Numbered from the stretch's first letter, positions 25,101-40,677 are shown. The stretch: 64,000 bases of DNA from Adineta vaga (GCA_021613535.1 CP075497.1:9858001-9922000), one strand, 5' to 3'. The notes: a model not told the origin generated them from the sequence alone. A program made the numbers and translations.

Positions 25101-27547
25101 GTATATTTAAAAAAAGCAACGGATATTTTCAAACGTATCATTATTTTATTTGATGATGATGATTTTACTGATTCAGTTGGAGTAAGATTCGTCTGCAGAG
25201 ATTATTTCATTGATTTGGAACATTTCTTTCAGGTTAAAGGTTTACCAGAAGATAAAACAAGTCCACAAATGTATACACTTTGTATTGATATATGTAATGT
25301 TTTAATTGAATATAAATTCATGCGAATAAAAGATACGTAAGTAGAGTAAAGATGAAAGAAGATAATTGCTTTTATGGAAAACTATCTATTGAAGTGAATC
25401 AACAGCAAATGTATTGAAATCGATTGATCAAGAATCACGTCTTCATGAAAAAATGTCCAAAGCTAAATTACGTTTACCAACGACTGGAAAACTTCTTTCA
25501 TTTACGTGTTTAAAACGATTTTTACATTCAATTCTATGGTCAAAAATGTTTACTGCAGATTTAGATTCATCCAATCATAATATTGATCTTGATGCACTCG
25601 TTGATGATATGAATTATCGTACTTATATAATGCGTTGTTGTTTATCAAGATTTCGTTCGATTATAACACATGGAATAAAATATTATTTTGATGCAGAAAA
25701 TATGCGACAAGAAAAATTACAAATGGTACTCATTGATTTTCATACGTAAGTTTAAAAGATAAAGAGTCATTGAAAATATAGATTAAATTTAATTGAATAG
25801 AATTTTGTATCAAGCAGTAACAAAAGACATGTCTATCGTTTTAACTGAACAAATCTTACAATTAATTGTTGAAATATGGAAAATTATTGTTCATAATTTT
25901 CGTGGTGTAGCAACTTTAATGATCGATAGTGCAATGAAAGCATTGAGTGGCGATCCAGATGCCATTGATTCAAATATTAGTTATAGTCAAACTGATCCAC
26001 AAACAGCACGTTTTGCTGAAAGTTTTAAAGTAAGAGAATCGACGATTTTTTAAACAGAAACCTCAAATGAATGATGTTTCTAGGCAATCTATAAACGAAT
26101 TGAAGATGAATATAATCAACTTGTCGAAGCTGCTGGTGTTGATGGTTCAACTGCAAAAGCTTCAGGTTGTTTGAAAGCATTGATTTATGTTGCAGATATT
26201 CTTGAATTGGCATTGAAAGATGGAGAACATATTGATCGAAATGAATATCAATCATTTGCAGAATGGGTTAGTTCAACATGTATGCAAGGAAAATATGGTA
26301 TGATTTGATCATTATAAGTTCATATTTCTTGATAAATAGAAGTGTTCCTAGTGCAATAACAGGATAAATCATTATATTAATCATTTATTTTAGAGGATCA
26401 TCAATTAAGTAAAGCACTAGTTCGTTTACTTTTTAAACTTTCATCAAAGATTGGAAATCATGCACCACTTCTTCGAAAAGTTGCTATGGATATTCATGGT
26501 CAATGTGAAGATGTTTCTGAAGATGTAAGTTTCATTTTTTCTTACATTCCAATTTTCTCTTGTTCATTTTCAATAGACAAAATTTGTTCATCAACCATAT
26601 TTTGCTATAATCAATGAAAAGACTCATATGGTGATATTAAATAATATTGTTCTAATTGAATTAGAACGAATGATCAATAGTCTTGAATGGATTATTCAAA
26701 CACAAATCTTATCTAGTGATCAAATTACACATTTCTGTGGACAATTATCCTATTCTATGACCACATTTGGACAAATTCTACAATGTCGATTGAAAAATAA
26801 AGTGATGATTATCAATATAGTCAAGCTCTTAATCAAATTATATACCATTTTAGATGAATTCACCCGTCAGGTATTCCATACTCTTATCATGATTGTAGAT
26901 TAAATAGTAATTTCTTTTGTTTTACCTTTGATAGATGATTAAAAATAAAACACCACTTCGTGATGAATTCGAAAAACTTGCATCAATTTCTGGTTCACAA
27001 TTACAACAACCATGCTATGGTTTTCTTACTTATACAATGGTAATTTATCATATATTGAAATAAACTTTCATGTACATTTTCTCTTCGATATGTAGAGTTT
27101 GGAATTAGATGATGAAGAAGAGGTTGTAAAAAAGAAAAAGAAGAAAAACGATAAGAAAGATCCAAAAAAGGTAAAGAATAGAATTAGATTCTGGATAGGA
27201 ACGATAATTTATGTATCTTTTCAGAAAAAAAGTGTATTAAAAGATACATTAGTACCAAAATTAGTTTATGAAATGGAACAATATGAACGATCTTTACTTG
27301 AATTAGGCAAACAACAAGATGTATGTTGATATTTCTTCTCATAAGCGATTCTTCGTTAAAATTTATGTTTTCTTTTTTCTTCTAGAAACGCTTATTAGAA
27401 ACATTTAAAATGTCTGCTGTTCGAGATTTTCGATTTAATTTGGATAGTATTCCCGATGATCAACGAGTATTACAAACAAGTCGTCAAGAAAACGAAGCAG
27501 AAGAAGACGACGAAGAAGAAGAGGAAGTTGAAGAAGAAAATGAATAA
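22120..27547 (+). CDS. FANCI: Fanconi anemia group I protein (many short introns)
   Basis: LLRTAMY..LDCRRMAVDGYLILLK, SQ/TQ cluster, LRRSLTQQYDVRLAVYEGL, VPKLVYEMEQYERSLLELGK and C-terminal RDFRF match recalled FANCI motifs. First exon MKRTQVENYDTTPKRLR. Confidence 0.85.
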
Positions 27548-27865
27548 ATTTGTGTATAGGATTTTTATATATATATTTTTTTTTGTTAATAATGTTCTTT
27601 TCATGCAGATACAATTAGATTCCAGTTAGATTATTCGATAAATAAATTCGGTTTAACATTCATGATTTAAATGTCATAAATTTTGAGAAAAAAGAAAGAT
27701 TTGCTAATCTTCTTGTTTCATGAGAGTTTTATACATCTATAAATATCACTTGAGAATTTCAAGTTATATCGAATCATTTGAAATGATATCTTTATAACTT
27801 CGATTATAAATCGAAATATATTTATAAGGAAGAGATTTTAGCATTCAATTTCTCATAAAACAGCT

Positions 27866-30800
27866 ATGATGGACGATAGTAAAGATGATCTGATTTTGTT
27901 CGAACAAAACTATCATCAACAATCTTTTCTACGCAAGAAAATTAGTTTAACAATACCGGTGTGTGTTCTATTAATTGTTATTTTTCTATCATCAGCATTC
28001 ATCGTTTCAATCATTTCTTTCTATTGGTCTGATGGTCCTATTTGTTACATTACCAAAAATGAACAAAGTCAACTAGAAGAACCAGCACAAAGAGCAATCT
28101 ATTATTCGCGACCAAAACGTAGTACACCTGTGAAAAAAGCCACTCTTCCATGTATGCTCATCCAATGCTGTACTAATCTTAATCCAGAATCACCATGGAA
28201 TCAAAGTCGTTTACCCACCAATATCTATCCTATCGAATATCAATTAATGTTAGAATTATTTCAATTAAATCAAGACAATGATCAATATAGTGGAACAGTG
28301 GATATTGTAATTGAAGTTCGATCACCTACTTATGATATTATTCTTCATAGTGATAATTCATTATATTCCGATGTAATCGTAAGCCGACGTTCAGATCCAA
28401 CTGATGAACAAATAAATGTTAATTGTATGTTTACTTTTCCAAATACTCAAACATTGGTTATACATTTGGAAAAAGAATTACAAGTTGGTTTTGTATATGA
28501 TGTTCGTATTGCATTCTTTCGTGCATTAAGTATTCATGGAACTGGTTTATTTGAAAATCAATTTAATAAAGATCAATTTGGAATAGAGTAAAGAATTGAA
28601 ATGATTATTCTTTGAAATATTGTATTTTTATATTCATTTAGAACATCTCGTATGCTGTTAACACATTTTCAACCTGTTCATGCGAGAGAAGCATTTCCAT
28701 GTTTTGATGAACCGGGTTTCAAAGCTAAATTTCAATTGTATGCTAAACATGAAAATAATACTCGAATTATTAGTAATTGGGATGAAGCTGTAAGAACATA
28801 TTATAAAAATAAAGTTTCTTTTTATGTTTTAAATGAATTATTTAGGAAAGTTATCCGGAAGAAACTTGGATAGAAACTGAATTTCAAACAATACCACCGA
28901 TTCCAACAGCATTAATTGCATTTGCAGTCATTTTCACTGATGATTTTGATAGTAAAACAGTCGAAGTATTTCATCCAATAACGAATCGACGCATTTTAGT
29001 ATGTATAATAAATAAAAATAGAATTTGATTTAGAATTATTTTGTAAATAGGTAAATCTTTGGGCACGAAAACCATTCTTTCAAAATGAAAATGGAATTTA
29101 TGTCGATGCACCACTGGATATGATTAAAAATATTCTCACCGCTCTCTTAAATATATTTCAAGATATTGAAAATCCAATTGTACCAAATAAAATAGGTTTC
29201 ATGAAAACAATCATGCATTTCTATTCATATTTTTTTTGTCTTTCTCTTAGATATTCTTGCTGTTCCTGAATATCCATCGGATGCGGTATCTCATTGGGGT
29301 TTAGTTATCTTTACTGAATATGCACTTCTTCATAATCATATGACAACATCAGAAGTCGAACATCAACGAATTGCTCTTTTAATTGCAAAAGAATTAGCTG
29401 AACAAGTTCGATTGATAGATATATTTGTTTATTTTTTATAATTTTTTATATTTGTTTTAGTGGTATGGAAATCTAGTTTCATATCAATGGTGGACCGATT
29501 TATGGCTTCAAGAAGCAATTGTGAATTATTTGAAATATCATGCAGTTCATGCTGCATATCCACAATGGGAAATTGTGAGTTTCAATCATTAAATTATCGC
29601 TTTACTATCTTAGTATTGTATTTAGCATAATCAATTTTCAGTTGGAGAACTTTTACCTGCAATGTTTGATGATGGAATGAGTACATCACATCCAATCATT
29701 AAATCAGTTAATACAGCAGCAGAAATTGATGAATTATTTGATACTATTGAAACAACCAAAGCTACAGCAATATTAAGAATGGCAGATTATTATATGGAAA
29801 GAACAACAGGTGTTACAAACAATACTCTATTCAATATTGTGGTAAGAGAGAGAGAGAGAGAAACTTAACTAATTTGACTTTTATTCACATATCAAATTAT
29901 AGTCATTTCTTCATGATCGTGAATATGGATTTATTATTCCAGATGAAATTCTCGGTAAATATCGAATTGGTTCATGGTCCGGTTTCGAATTTTTTGATCG
30001 TTGGTTACTTCAATCTAATTATCCAAAAGTCTATGCTGGTTTCGTTCAAAATACCTCGAATGATAGCAATATTTTTCAACTACGTCAAAGTCGATATCTA
30101 ACAGCACACATGTATGAAAATGATCTTTATCCTCTTGAAAGTAATCCATTGGGTTATGTTTGGTACATACCAATCACATGTCGATTTGGTAATGAACCAA
30201 ATAAATTCGAATTAAATCGAACATTTTTTCTCGATCGAACAGCTATGAATAGTTCATTTGGTATCTTGAATTATAAATACTTCTATTGTAATACAGATTT
30301 TGCTGGTTATTACATTATGGATTATAGAAGTGATAATTGGGAAGCTTTATCATCGGCTTTAGATAATGACAATACACAATTAATAGAAGTTGATCGTGCT
30401 AATTTAATTAATAATGCTTTCTTAGGTGCACAAACATTGGAAGAAAGTTATTCAGTTGTTCGAGAAATTACTCAATATTTACTTCGAAATCCATATACAG
30501 GTTTACTTTCATGGCAAACATTATCATATCATGTTAATCGAATGTTAGATGTTCTTGAATATGAATCAATCTATGGTGTTGTTCAAGTAAAAATCATTCG
30601 ATTTGAAGAATTAAGATTGAACTTGTGTTTTTTCTTCTCTCTAGAAATATTTTCGATTGGTCGTTCGAAATTATTATAAAACTTATGAAACTTCATTATG
30701 GAATGACAATGGATCATTTTCTGAACAGTAAGAAGAATACTATTTGATTCATTCATGCAAGTATTTGTGTCTATTTTAGAATTTTGAAAAATACAATTAT

Positions 30801-31730
30801 TCAATTAGCATGTCGATTACAATTACATGAATGTATTGATAAAGCAACTCAATTGTGGTATGAAGCTTATCCTACACTTCTTAGTGGAATGGTGAATCAT
30901 TCGTTCGTATTTTATTTATTTTATTTCTCAGTTTAAATGAGCATGAGGATTTACTATTGTAGAGTTGTTGATCATGCTCGAGAAGTTGTCTATCGAACAC
31001 ATTTTCAAAATACTTATAATGATAGTGAATGGACATCAATTGAAAGTGATTATCATTATATTTTTGATGTTCAAGAACGTTATCGTTTACTCGAAGCTAT
31101 GACACAATCACGTCAACCATGGCATCTATACCAGTAAGAAAAATGAAAAATAGATTGTTTTGTATTCGTTTGAATTGAAATCTGTTCGTATGATTAGATT
31201 CTTATATGAGGATGCTGAAAAAAATGAAGATCGAGATGTTGATCTTTTGGGAGCTTTGACGTTACTTGCAAAGAATCCTGTTGGTAAGAATAAATCAACT
31301 AGTAATATTTGACTTTAGTTTTCAAATCTATTATTCAATAGGCCGAGAATTAGCTTGGTTATATTACAGAAAACATTGGGCAGAATTGCAAGCGGAGTAT
31401 GTCTAGATTTTAATTTACATTATGAAAAATAGTTATGTTTCTGTTTTAGTTATGGACGTACAAATCAACGATTAGGACAATTACTTATTGATCTAACAGC
31501 TACTTTTGAAGATGAATTTCATGAACTTGAAGTAAATATACATTCGGATTGCATGATATTGATTATATTTTCATATGGTTATTTAGTTACTCGATTTTCT
31601 TGCTTCGACACCAGGTGTTGATACGAATGTTGATGCACGTTTTTGGGCACTTGAACGTGCTAATATGAACTTTTGGTGGATAACTGACAATTCGGAGGAT
31701 ATGGCAGAATCATTCGATCTTGAACCTTGA
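27866..31730 (+). CDS. M1 aminopeptidase N-like type II membrane protein, predicted catalytically inactive
   Basis: N-terminal TM anchor; RLPTNIYP; THFQPVHAREAFPCFDEP; QWYGNLV..WWTDLWLQE. GAMEN is replaced by DAVSH and HELAH by KELAE. Confidence 0.9.
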
Positions 31731-32253
31731 TCTTCCTTCTTTATGACTCTGTTTCCTCTTAAGAATGAATCTATTTCTATTATATGAATAAATAATTTTT
31801 AACAATCGAATATAGTCTTTTTGTTGAAATGATCAGGAAGTACAACATCAATTTTGCTTAACAACTACAACAACAACAACAACAATGTGCGTGCATTAAC
31901 TGCTTGCTATACATTCGGAAATAATTTAATGAAAAGGTCAATTGATTTTTTCTTGCTCAATAATTCAGTGATCAATATTTTTGAATGAACAAAAACATTC
32001 ATGATCGTATCTTGTCAAAATCGAGCATAGCATAATGAATTCTTACAGTGAATTTACTTTAAATGAAACAAAGAATATACAAAAATGAGTAGTTTCTCAG
32101 TTACAAGATGAATAGAAGCCATGGAAAAACCTAAGACTATAAAAAAGAAAAAAGAAAAAAGAAAAGAGAGAAATTCAATTATTAACTAGATTCTATGTAA
32201 TCAGAAGAAAAAATTCTATTAATCAAAACTCATTTTTCATCTATAGTCCAATC

Positions 32254-35200
32254 ATGTTACCAACTGTCAATGCTGTTACTTTAGTTGATCATAAAAAGTC
32301 ATCACAATTAAGTCCAATTACTAGTTATAATGAATTTGAACAGGTAGAATATAAATTTTGGATAAAAGAAAACAAATCATGAGAGTTTGATTTTCTCAAG
32401 TTTTCTTTCTATCACGATCATTTTCTCTTAGAGAACTTGAAAAATATTTGTTAAAATTGTTTACTTTGTATCTTACTGCTAATAATCAAAGGAAGTATAG
32501 GGAAAACTAATGACACTTTTTTCATCGTTCATTTACTCAGTTTCTAAGATACACAAAACATTTTGATCAACTATCGTTTAAAGCAGGAAAGCAATCATGC
32601 CGGTGCTTTTACCAATCAACAGTATTCCATAACAAATTCGAATTCTATTCAACGACGTGATCAACAATCATTTCCAACATCCAGACAATTAGATTCGCCA
32701 TTAGCAATTTTAACATTTTGTCCAATTAAAGATTCAATAGCAAAATTCTTTACTGAAAGTATGTGTAAGAAATCTTTACCGTATGATCTCTTTAATATGA
32801 AATTTTTGTAGAAGATGATCCTAAACCAACTGACGATGAACGATCTGGAAGTGTTTCTAGTTCATCTTCTCTAATTCTTACTAGTAATCGTGCTCAACAA
32901 ACGAGTCCAACTGATATGTTTCCTATCGTTAATAATACTGCTGTAGATGATAATCATTTTGTAAAACGACAAGGTGTATTACAACGTAATCATTCTGAAA
33001 ATAGTGTTACAAAACAGAGTAGTTCAGATGAACAATCATCAACAATAATTAATGCTGATGATGATGAAGAAGAAGAAACATCTCATGCTGTCAAAAGTTC
33101 GCAAACAACAAGTCGATCAAAACAAGCACCGAAAATAAAATACACTGAGAATCATCCATCACGAGCAAATCAAAATGGAAAAAAATCAACACATAATTGG
33201 CATTCAGCATCCAATACACGTAAATATCACAAAACTACGCCTCTTTCCTAAGAATAAAAGGACAGATATATGATTGATATATTTGTTTAATTCTTAGCTC
33301 GAACATATCCTGTTGTACCATCGATTACACGTCGTCCAGTTCAAGGTATTTTAGTACAGTTTGTTCGTGCTGGTGAATCTCATCATCGTGGTCTTCGTAT
33401 TGCTGTCAATGAATTTGATTTGAAGTCTTGGGAAGCATTTCTTAATTATCTCAATCGTCAACCAAATTTAGCTTTATCAACGGGTGGTATAAGACATATT
33501 TATTCTTTGAAAGGTGAAGAAATTCTTTCGATCAATCAATTTCAACATCGACAATCATATATTGTCTCATCGGGAGCATATATTCGAACAACTTATCGAT
33601 ATATCAATGATACATTTGCTGATGAATCTGATAATAGTGCTAATCCAAGTGCTCGACCAGAAGCATCACCCTATTGGAATACACGATCATCTGTTCATCT
33701 ACGTTGGCGTTCACCTGCGCCAACATCTTCCTCTCTATCCAGTACAAATGGTGAGCGGATTTTCCTATTACCTTATTCAAAATTAAATCTCTATGAAAGT
33801 TTAATTCTAAATCGAAATTTAACTCAAACATTCGAAGAATGGTTACAAGATCAAGTAACAGATGTACTGTCTCAGCATACAAATAATGAAACAATCACAA
33901 ATCTATTTGCCGTACTCAATTCGGCATTTATTGAAATAAAAAGTTTTTCGAAATTATTTAGTACAATCAAGAAAACGGATACATTCATTGGTTGTACAGA
34001 AGATGAATATGTACATGCAAAAGATTATTTAGAAATTATCAAACCGAATGAATTATTCGTTGATCGAACATGGTCACGACAAACAACTAGTGAAAATCAT
34101 AAACAACGATTTCCATCCAAACGAGGTAACTTATCTCAGATAATTTCGTATTATCTATTGTTTTCCTACTAGTTATTGACGAAACAAGATCAACAATTAG
34201 TTGGATGTAAGTAGACCTTCCAAATCCAATCTGTTATGTTTTAATTCAAGATTCATTTTATATTTAGTCATGGTTACAATGGTGAAAATGAATTGACCAA
34301 GAAACTCTATACACTTCCAGAACATGAAATAATGTATGTTATTGATTCAATATGTGTTGTATACGATACGAATTTGAAACAGCAACGTTTCTATACCAAA
34401 CATAAACATTCCATAACTTGGTAAGACTGTTTTTGAGTATTGTTTGAGCAATATTTTCTACGTTTTTTTAATACTTTTAGTGTAAATGTTCATCGGAGTC
34501 AATCCTTAGTTGCATCAAGTGAAAAAGGTTCATTAAAAGCTAATCAACGAGCTTTAATACATATTTGGGATCATACAAAACTTGATATTGTTCGAACAAT
34601 TCAGAAAGATCAATTTGGTTCTTTTATATCATTGTTATCATTTTCACCTAAATTAGATGATGATCTTCTTTTGGTTATTTCACGTGATAAACCAAAAATT
34701 GTCTTATTTATTGATTGGAAACGAAATGAATTGATTTATAGTATAACAGTAAGTATTCAGATAAGTTCCATTGTTTGGTTTCATACGGCTATATATTTTT
34801 CTTTCAGTGTAAATCTGATAATATTCTTTCGGTATTATTTGTCTTTGGTACAACAGAATGGATTGCATGTATCAGTCAACGACATTTACTTTTCTATCAT
34901 GTCAATTGGAGTGTACGACCATTACGTATGTTAGAACGACGAGAATCAGAAGTTCAAGTAACGAATATAGTTATTCATGTTGAAAGTATAAAATCATTTT
35001 TTCAATCTTAGAATATCTATACCGGAGCAGCAGCATGTGATTTATCTGGTGAACGATTACTTGTTGGTGATGAAGTTGGTAATATTTATATTTGGGGTTT
35101 AATTGATAAAGAACCGAAATTAATTGTTGTTCAAGAATGTATCTTAGAAGTAATGACAAATTCTTTTATTGTATAACGAATTGTTCGTTTATATATTAGA

Positions 35201-36738
35201 ATGATGTGGAATTGATTGTGCCAGTAAATCATGAAACATTTCTTTTGGCAAATCGCGAAAATCAAGTGAAAGTATGGAATGTTAAGAAAGATACTGTAGA
35301 ACAAATACGAGTAAAGAATTCGATCAAGAATATTTTTCTTTACTTTTTCTATTTAATAATAATAGTTAAATGAAAATATTGGTACAATTCAATCAGCATG
35401 TTGTATTCAACAAGGATCTGTTTGTATTGCATTAGCAATAGGAACAAAATCGAATTATATCATTTCAAAAGAAATGGATAACGATCAATTTCATGTTCTT
35501 ATGCGAGTATGTTTATTTCTTTTCATAACTATACTTCAATCTTTTCCTTTATTCAGGGACATACAAGTCCATCAATATGTATATGTTGCAGTAGAGATAC
35601 GCATTATTTTTTTTCAATAAGTTCTGATCGATATTTATTTAAATGGAATATGGCAACAAAATCTGTCGAATGGTCGGCAAAATCAACCGTATGTATAATA
35701 ATATTATTATTTTATTAAGATTTTAATTGTATTTATATGTCTAGCAACCAATTTCCTGTGCTGATTTACATCCTGAAAGAAATATCATCGTTCTTGGAAC
35801 AGAAACTAGCAAATTAATACTTTATGATACATTATCGTCATTCTATATTGCAACAATAACTTTAAAATTTAATACTGGTGTTAAATCAGTTCGATTTTCT
35901 CCTGGTTTGTAGTTTTGTTTTTGAAAAAGAAAAGAAAATTCTTGTTCTATTGGTCCAATTTTTACATATTAGATGGTTTGAATCTTGCTGTTGGATTACA
36001 AAATGGGAATGTTTTTATTTTTGATGTAGTTGGTAATGGAGATTTTCATCAACGTCCAGATGGAATGTTACAAGTAATTCTTTCAATTTGTTTTCTTAAT
36101 TCGATCATCTTTCGTTTAATTTATTTTAGAATGATACAGCAGCTGTGAATACTGTGATTTGGTCGATTGATGGAAAATATCTTCTAGTTGTTTATTCTGA
36201 TAATGATTATAATATTTGTGCGTATTTGTATATGAATTAGTTGGAAAATATCAAGGAATATCATTCATTCTCTAGGGACAGTGCCAGGATTTGAAATAAA
36301 TCGAGGAAAAAAAATTCAAAATATTGAATGGGATCGTATTATACATCCATTAATGTGTCATATATTAGGTATGTTTCAAAGTTCTTGTTCATTAATCGAT
36401 AGATGCAATAACAACTTCTTTTCTCATATAGATAAATCCATCATTGATACACATACATCGGCAGCTATACTTTCTTCAAATTTAGTTTTATGTTGTGGCA
36501 AAGATGGTCAACTTCGATTATTTCGAAATCGTTTCGAAGTAGATTAAAGAAAACTTCTTTATCTCTTAGAAAATCTTCTCTTTTTTACTATTTATAGCAT
36601 AATTCTCAAACATTTCAATTTGGTCTTGGTTCTATTCATAGTATCATGCCATCACCAACAAATAATTCCTATCTTCTAACTCTCACAAACAATCCAGCGA
36701 TTATAGAAATTCAAATTGATATACAAACGCATAATTAG
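32254..36738 (+). CDS. Doublecortin-domain EMAP-like protein (DCX + HELP + WD40)
   Basis: DCX: FVRAGESHHRGLRIAV..SWEAFLNYL..GGIRHIYSLKG..SYIVSS. HELP: W.HGYNG..LYTLP..EIMY..VVYD..QQRFYTKH. WD repeats, e.g. VRFSPDG.NLAVG. Start codon is tentative. Confidence 0.8.
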
Positions 36739-36898
36739 TTAACTTAACACTGATTTTTCTTTTCATTTGCTCGTTGTGAAGAAAAAAAAAGAACTTCTCC
36801 TTTATTTCATTTTTTTTTGTTGTTGACATCGACATATTTGAATATACATATATATATATATATATAAGAGACGAGAAGGACAAAGAGAGGAAAGAGTC

Positions 36899-38603
36899 AT
36901 GGCAACTGAACTAAAGATGCCAGCTTTATGTAGGCAATTTTAATTTTCTGTGTGTCATTTTTCTTTCTCTTTCTTTTCTAAGATGAACAAACGACCTTTG
37001 AATGATACAGCATTTAGTGTTCAAGGTGTTAATCCAGGTTTAACTTCTCGCGAAGAATCAACTACAAATTCATCTCTTCAAAATTCTGGACGAGTTATTT
37101 GTGAAAAGTTGTTTTTATCATTTCGAATTATACAATTCTTTTCTATTTTTTACTTTTATTAGACAACAACTTCTTGCATGTCCTTATTTACAAAATACTA
37201 ATGATCAAATTAAATTATTAAATTTACAAAAAAATTGTATTACAAAAATAACCAATCTTGATCATTTAATTAGTCTTGTTGTTTTGGATTTATGTGAAAA
37301 TGGAATCGAATATATACAAGGTTTGGATAATTTAACTTCATTAAGAATTCTTCGACTAGGGAATAATAAGTAAGATTATTTACAATACTTTTAAAGTAGG
37401 ATTTTCTTCTTCATCGATTTAGAATTCGTCAAATAAAAAATCTTGATGCATTAGCACAACTTGATGTACTTGAATTGAATGGAAATCAAGTGAGATTCTT
37501 TTTTTTTGTTTTGAAAATATTTGAAATCGATTGTTTTCTTTTGGAATTGTTAGATTTCTCGAATTGAAAATTTTAAACATTTAATTCGATTACGTGTTCT
37601 TAATTTAGCAAATAATCGAATTGAAAAATGTGAAAATCTACGTCATTTACAAAATCTTGTTGAACTTAATCTCCAAGGAAATCTAATTACAATCGTGGTA
37701 AAATAAAACTTATATTTTTTTGAAAATTTTTTCGACTAGTCTATGTTAGTATGATCTGGATAAATTACCAATTCAACGTTTATTTTTAAATCATAATAAA
37801 ATTCAAAGATATGAAGATATGCGTTGTATTTCAAGAATAAGTACACTGAAATTTCTCTCACTTGAAGGTAAATAATCCCATTTAATTCAATGATTCAATG
37901 CAATTCTTATTTGTTTAGGTAATCCATTACCATCTGCAACTTCATATGAACAAATTATCTTATCTCAAACTGAACATGCTTTGACGAAATTAGATTCTCG
38001 TCAACCGATGAATGTTGTACGTAGATGATTAACTTTTTGACATCGAAAAAATAATATAAATCTCTTTGTAATATATAGGATCATCGAGTTAATCGAATTA
38101 TGCGATTACAACAGAATAGTACTCCGACAGATATGTCTAGTAAATATCGAGATCGACGAGCTCTTGATGTTAGTTCTACTCCACAAGATTCCATGAGTGA
38201 ACGAAGTGATACAGAAATTGATTCGGGCAGGTAATTAGAAAATATTTTTTGATCAAATTACTTCAAAAAAGATAATCTTTCATAGATCGAATGTATCATC
38301 AGCATTGAATCGAACATCATCACTTCCCGTACAAAAATCTATGAGTAAATCAACATCAGAATCAACTACACCGATACCATCAGAAATAAAATTAAGTCCG
38401 GTAAGTTTCGCAACATTAATTAACTTGGAAACATAAACTTCATTGATTTTTCATTAATAAAGATTGTTCATGAACGATCATCATTAGCAAAAATGTTAGT
38501 ACAATCCGCTATTGATGATGCCTTTCGAAAAGAATCAATCACCGTTCAATTAGACCGTTGTTGGCCATTATTATTAACAGAAATATTAAATGATCAGAAT
38601 TGA
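36899..38603 (+). CDS. LRRC49: SDS22-type LRR protein, LRRC49-like
   Basis: LLACPYL..IKLLNLQKNCI, LDVLELNGNQISRIEN, LRVLNLANN, LEGNPL and a C-terminal ..WP.. helix recall LRRC49. Confidence 0.7.
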
Positions 38604-38785
38604 TTCCAATAAATCATTACGTTTTCTTTTTGGAATAAAACTTCGTCAGATGTTATTTTTATTTTGGGTAAAAATTTTCAAATAAAATATGAACTTATTC
38701 ACTGGAGTATGTATGTGTGTGAAAGACAAAACAAATTCAAAACAAATCAGTAGTATTAAAAGAAAAGAGTAATTTAGAGTTTTTA

Positions 38786-40677
38786 TTAATTAGCTTTGTT
38801 TTGACGTATGTCGAGTGACGTTTTCGATCGTAAATAATCCGCATAATTGCTAAATGAATGTGAACAAACAGGCAATCCACGGCTTGTATCACCATAAGTT
38901 TGTCCAACACGATATTTGCGTTCTAAAGCAAAGAAAAACGAATTGGAATCGATAGAGAATAGTTGAAAGTTCATACGAGGAAGATAGCCAGTATATTTTG
39001 GAATCATTCCAGATCGAGAATACAAACGTTGATCTGAAGAATTCGTTGTTGAATATTCTTGAGAAAAGTTGGCTGATCTTGATGTTAAACTGAAATAGAT
39101 AATGGCAAAGAGAATAGTAGGTCTTGGGTCTTTTTTTCTTAGAAAGATGATCTAGATTTCTACAGACATCGAAAAAGAAAAGCTAATTTTCTTCTAGAGC
39201 GGACAAACATAAACAACCTGTTTAAAATTAGATGCATAGATTGATTGACTGAAAAAAATCAAATCTTTTTTCTTTGTATCAACTCTATTCAAATTATATT
39301 ACTTCGATGGTGTGCTGATATTTCTTTCCGTTGTCAAACTTGTAGTCGAATGTGTTATTTCAGAAGCAAAACGATCTAAACCTTTCTTCACTGCTTCATG
39401 ATAGCGAAGACCAACACTAGTATCAGTTGGACGAATACGAGGAATATATCCTTTATAACCAGGAATGGGAGCTTCAGCAAATAATCGACGATCGCCTAGA
39501 TGATTTCATCAAAAAACAAGCCGTCAAGAAAGACTCTTTAACTAAAGTTTTCTTTACTTTGTTGACCATTTACGGGTGGATGATAAGCTTGGTGATAATC
39601 AAGAAAATGTTTTACAACGGTTGCACTATTTAAACTCTGTGATTTAGGATAAGCAACAATTGAATTTCGTAGATCTTTCGCTTGAGTTTTTGCTCTTTCA
39701 TAAGCAGCTTTCGTTCCTGAGAGACAAACATTCGTTTCAACACGATATCGATTACCAAGTTGATATTTTCGTTGAGGAATGTAACCTGATAGGAAATAAA
39801 TCATCCTATCAGAATTCTATGATGATAAATTGCTTACCTGTATAACCTGGAAGCATTCCATCTGGAAATTCACGAGTTTCATAGGGATTCGATTGATCAA
39901 TTTTTATTATGGGAAATTCTGATTTTGATCGTGTTAAATGAGGATATTCTGTAGCTAAACGATAAGTTTCTTCACCATATGTATGACCATCACGATAGCG
40001 CAATTGATGTATATGTCCCGTATATCTATGTAAGTTAAATAAAAAGAAAAAAGATTGTTGAATATCTTTTCTCATGTAATATAATCCATTGTTTATCAAA
40101 ATAACAAATCATCTACTCTTTTTTCTCTTACATTTATTGAAGAAATATTGACATTGATCTTGAATAAAGAAAAACAATTGCTTACAGTGAATCCTTGTAT
40201 GTATCAGACAAAATATTCTTTTATGGTTTGTTAAAATGATTAATAATCATGAGAAATCTTTGAATTTCAAATTACTAAATAAATTAGAAACTTCCTAAAA
40301 TATCTATTCGACAGTACTTTTGTCTTGGAAATAAACTTTCTATTTCTGTTCATTATTCTCAATTATATTAGTAAAAGAAAAAACATCCTCAAGTCATGCT
40401 AAATATTGATTTCAATCAATAAAATATCTTTTTGTTAATTTATTTTGAAGTAGTATGTATACCTCAAGTTCTGAACAAGATCATTATTTTTCTAACCTTG
40501 ATTTGATAACATATGATTTATTTCAAACACAAGCATAATAGACACTATACATAAGAAATGAACTTGCTAGATTGTTGTTAGATGAACGTACCTCGGTAAT
40601 TGTGAACCATCTTTAAGATTACAAAATTGTCGTCGTGCTTCAAGAGTTGGTCCACCACCGAATTCGACTGTTGTCAT
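38786..40677 (-). CDS. Ciliary microtubule-inner protein, FAM166/CIMIP2-SPMIP5 (C10orf82)-like
   Basis: Repeated PGYTGYIP/PKYTGYLP and G.TYG motifs; EAPIPGYKGYIPR..GLRY. First exon MTTVEFGGGPTLEARR. Confidence 0.8.
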
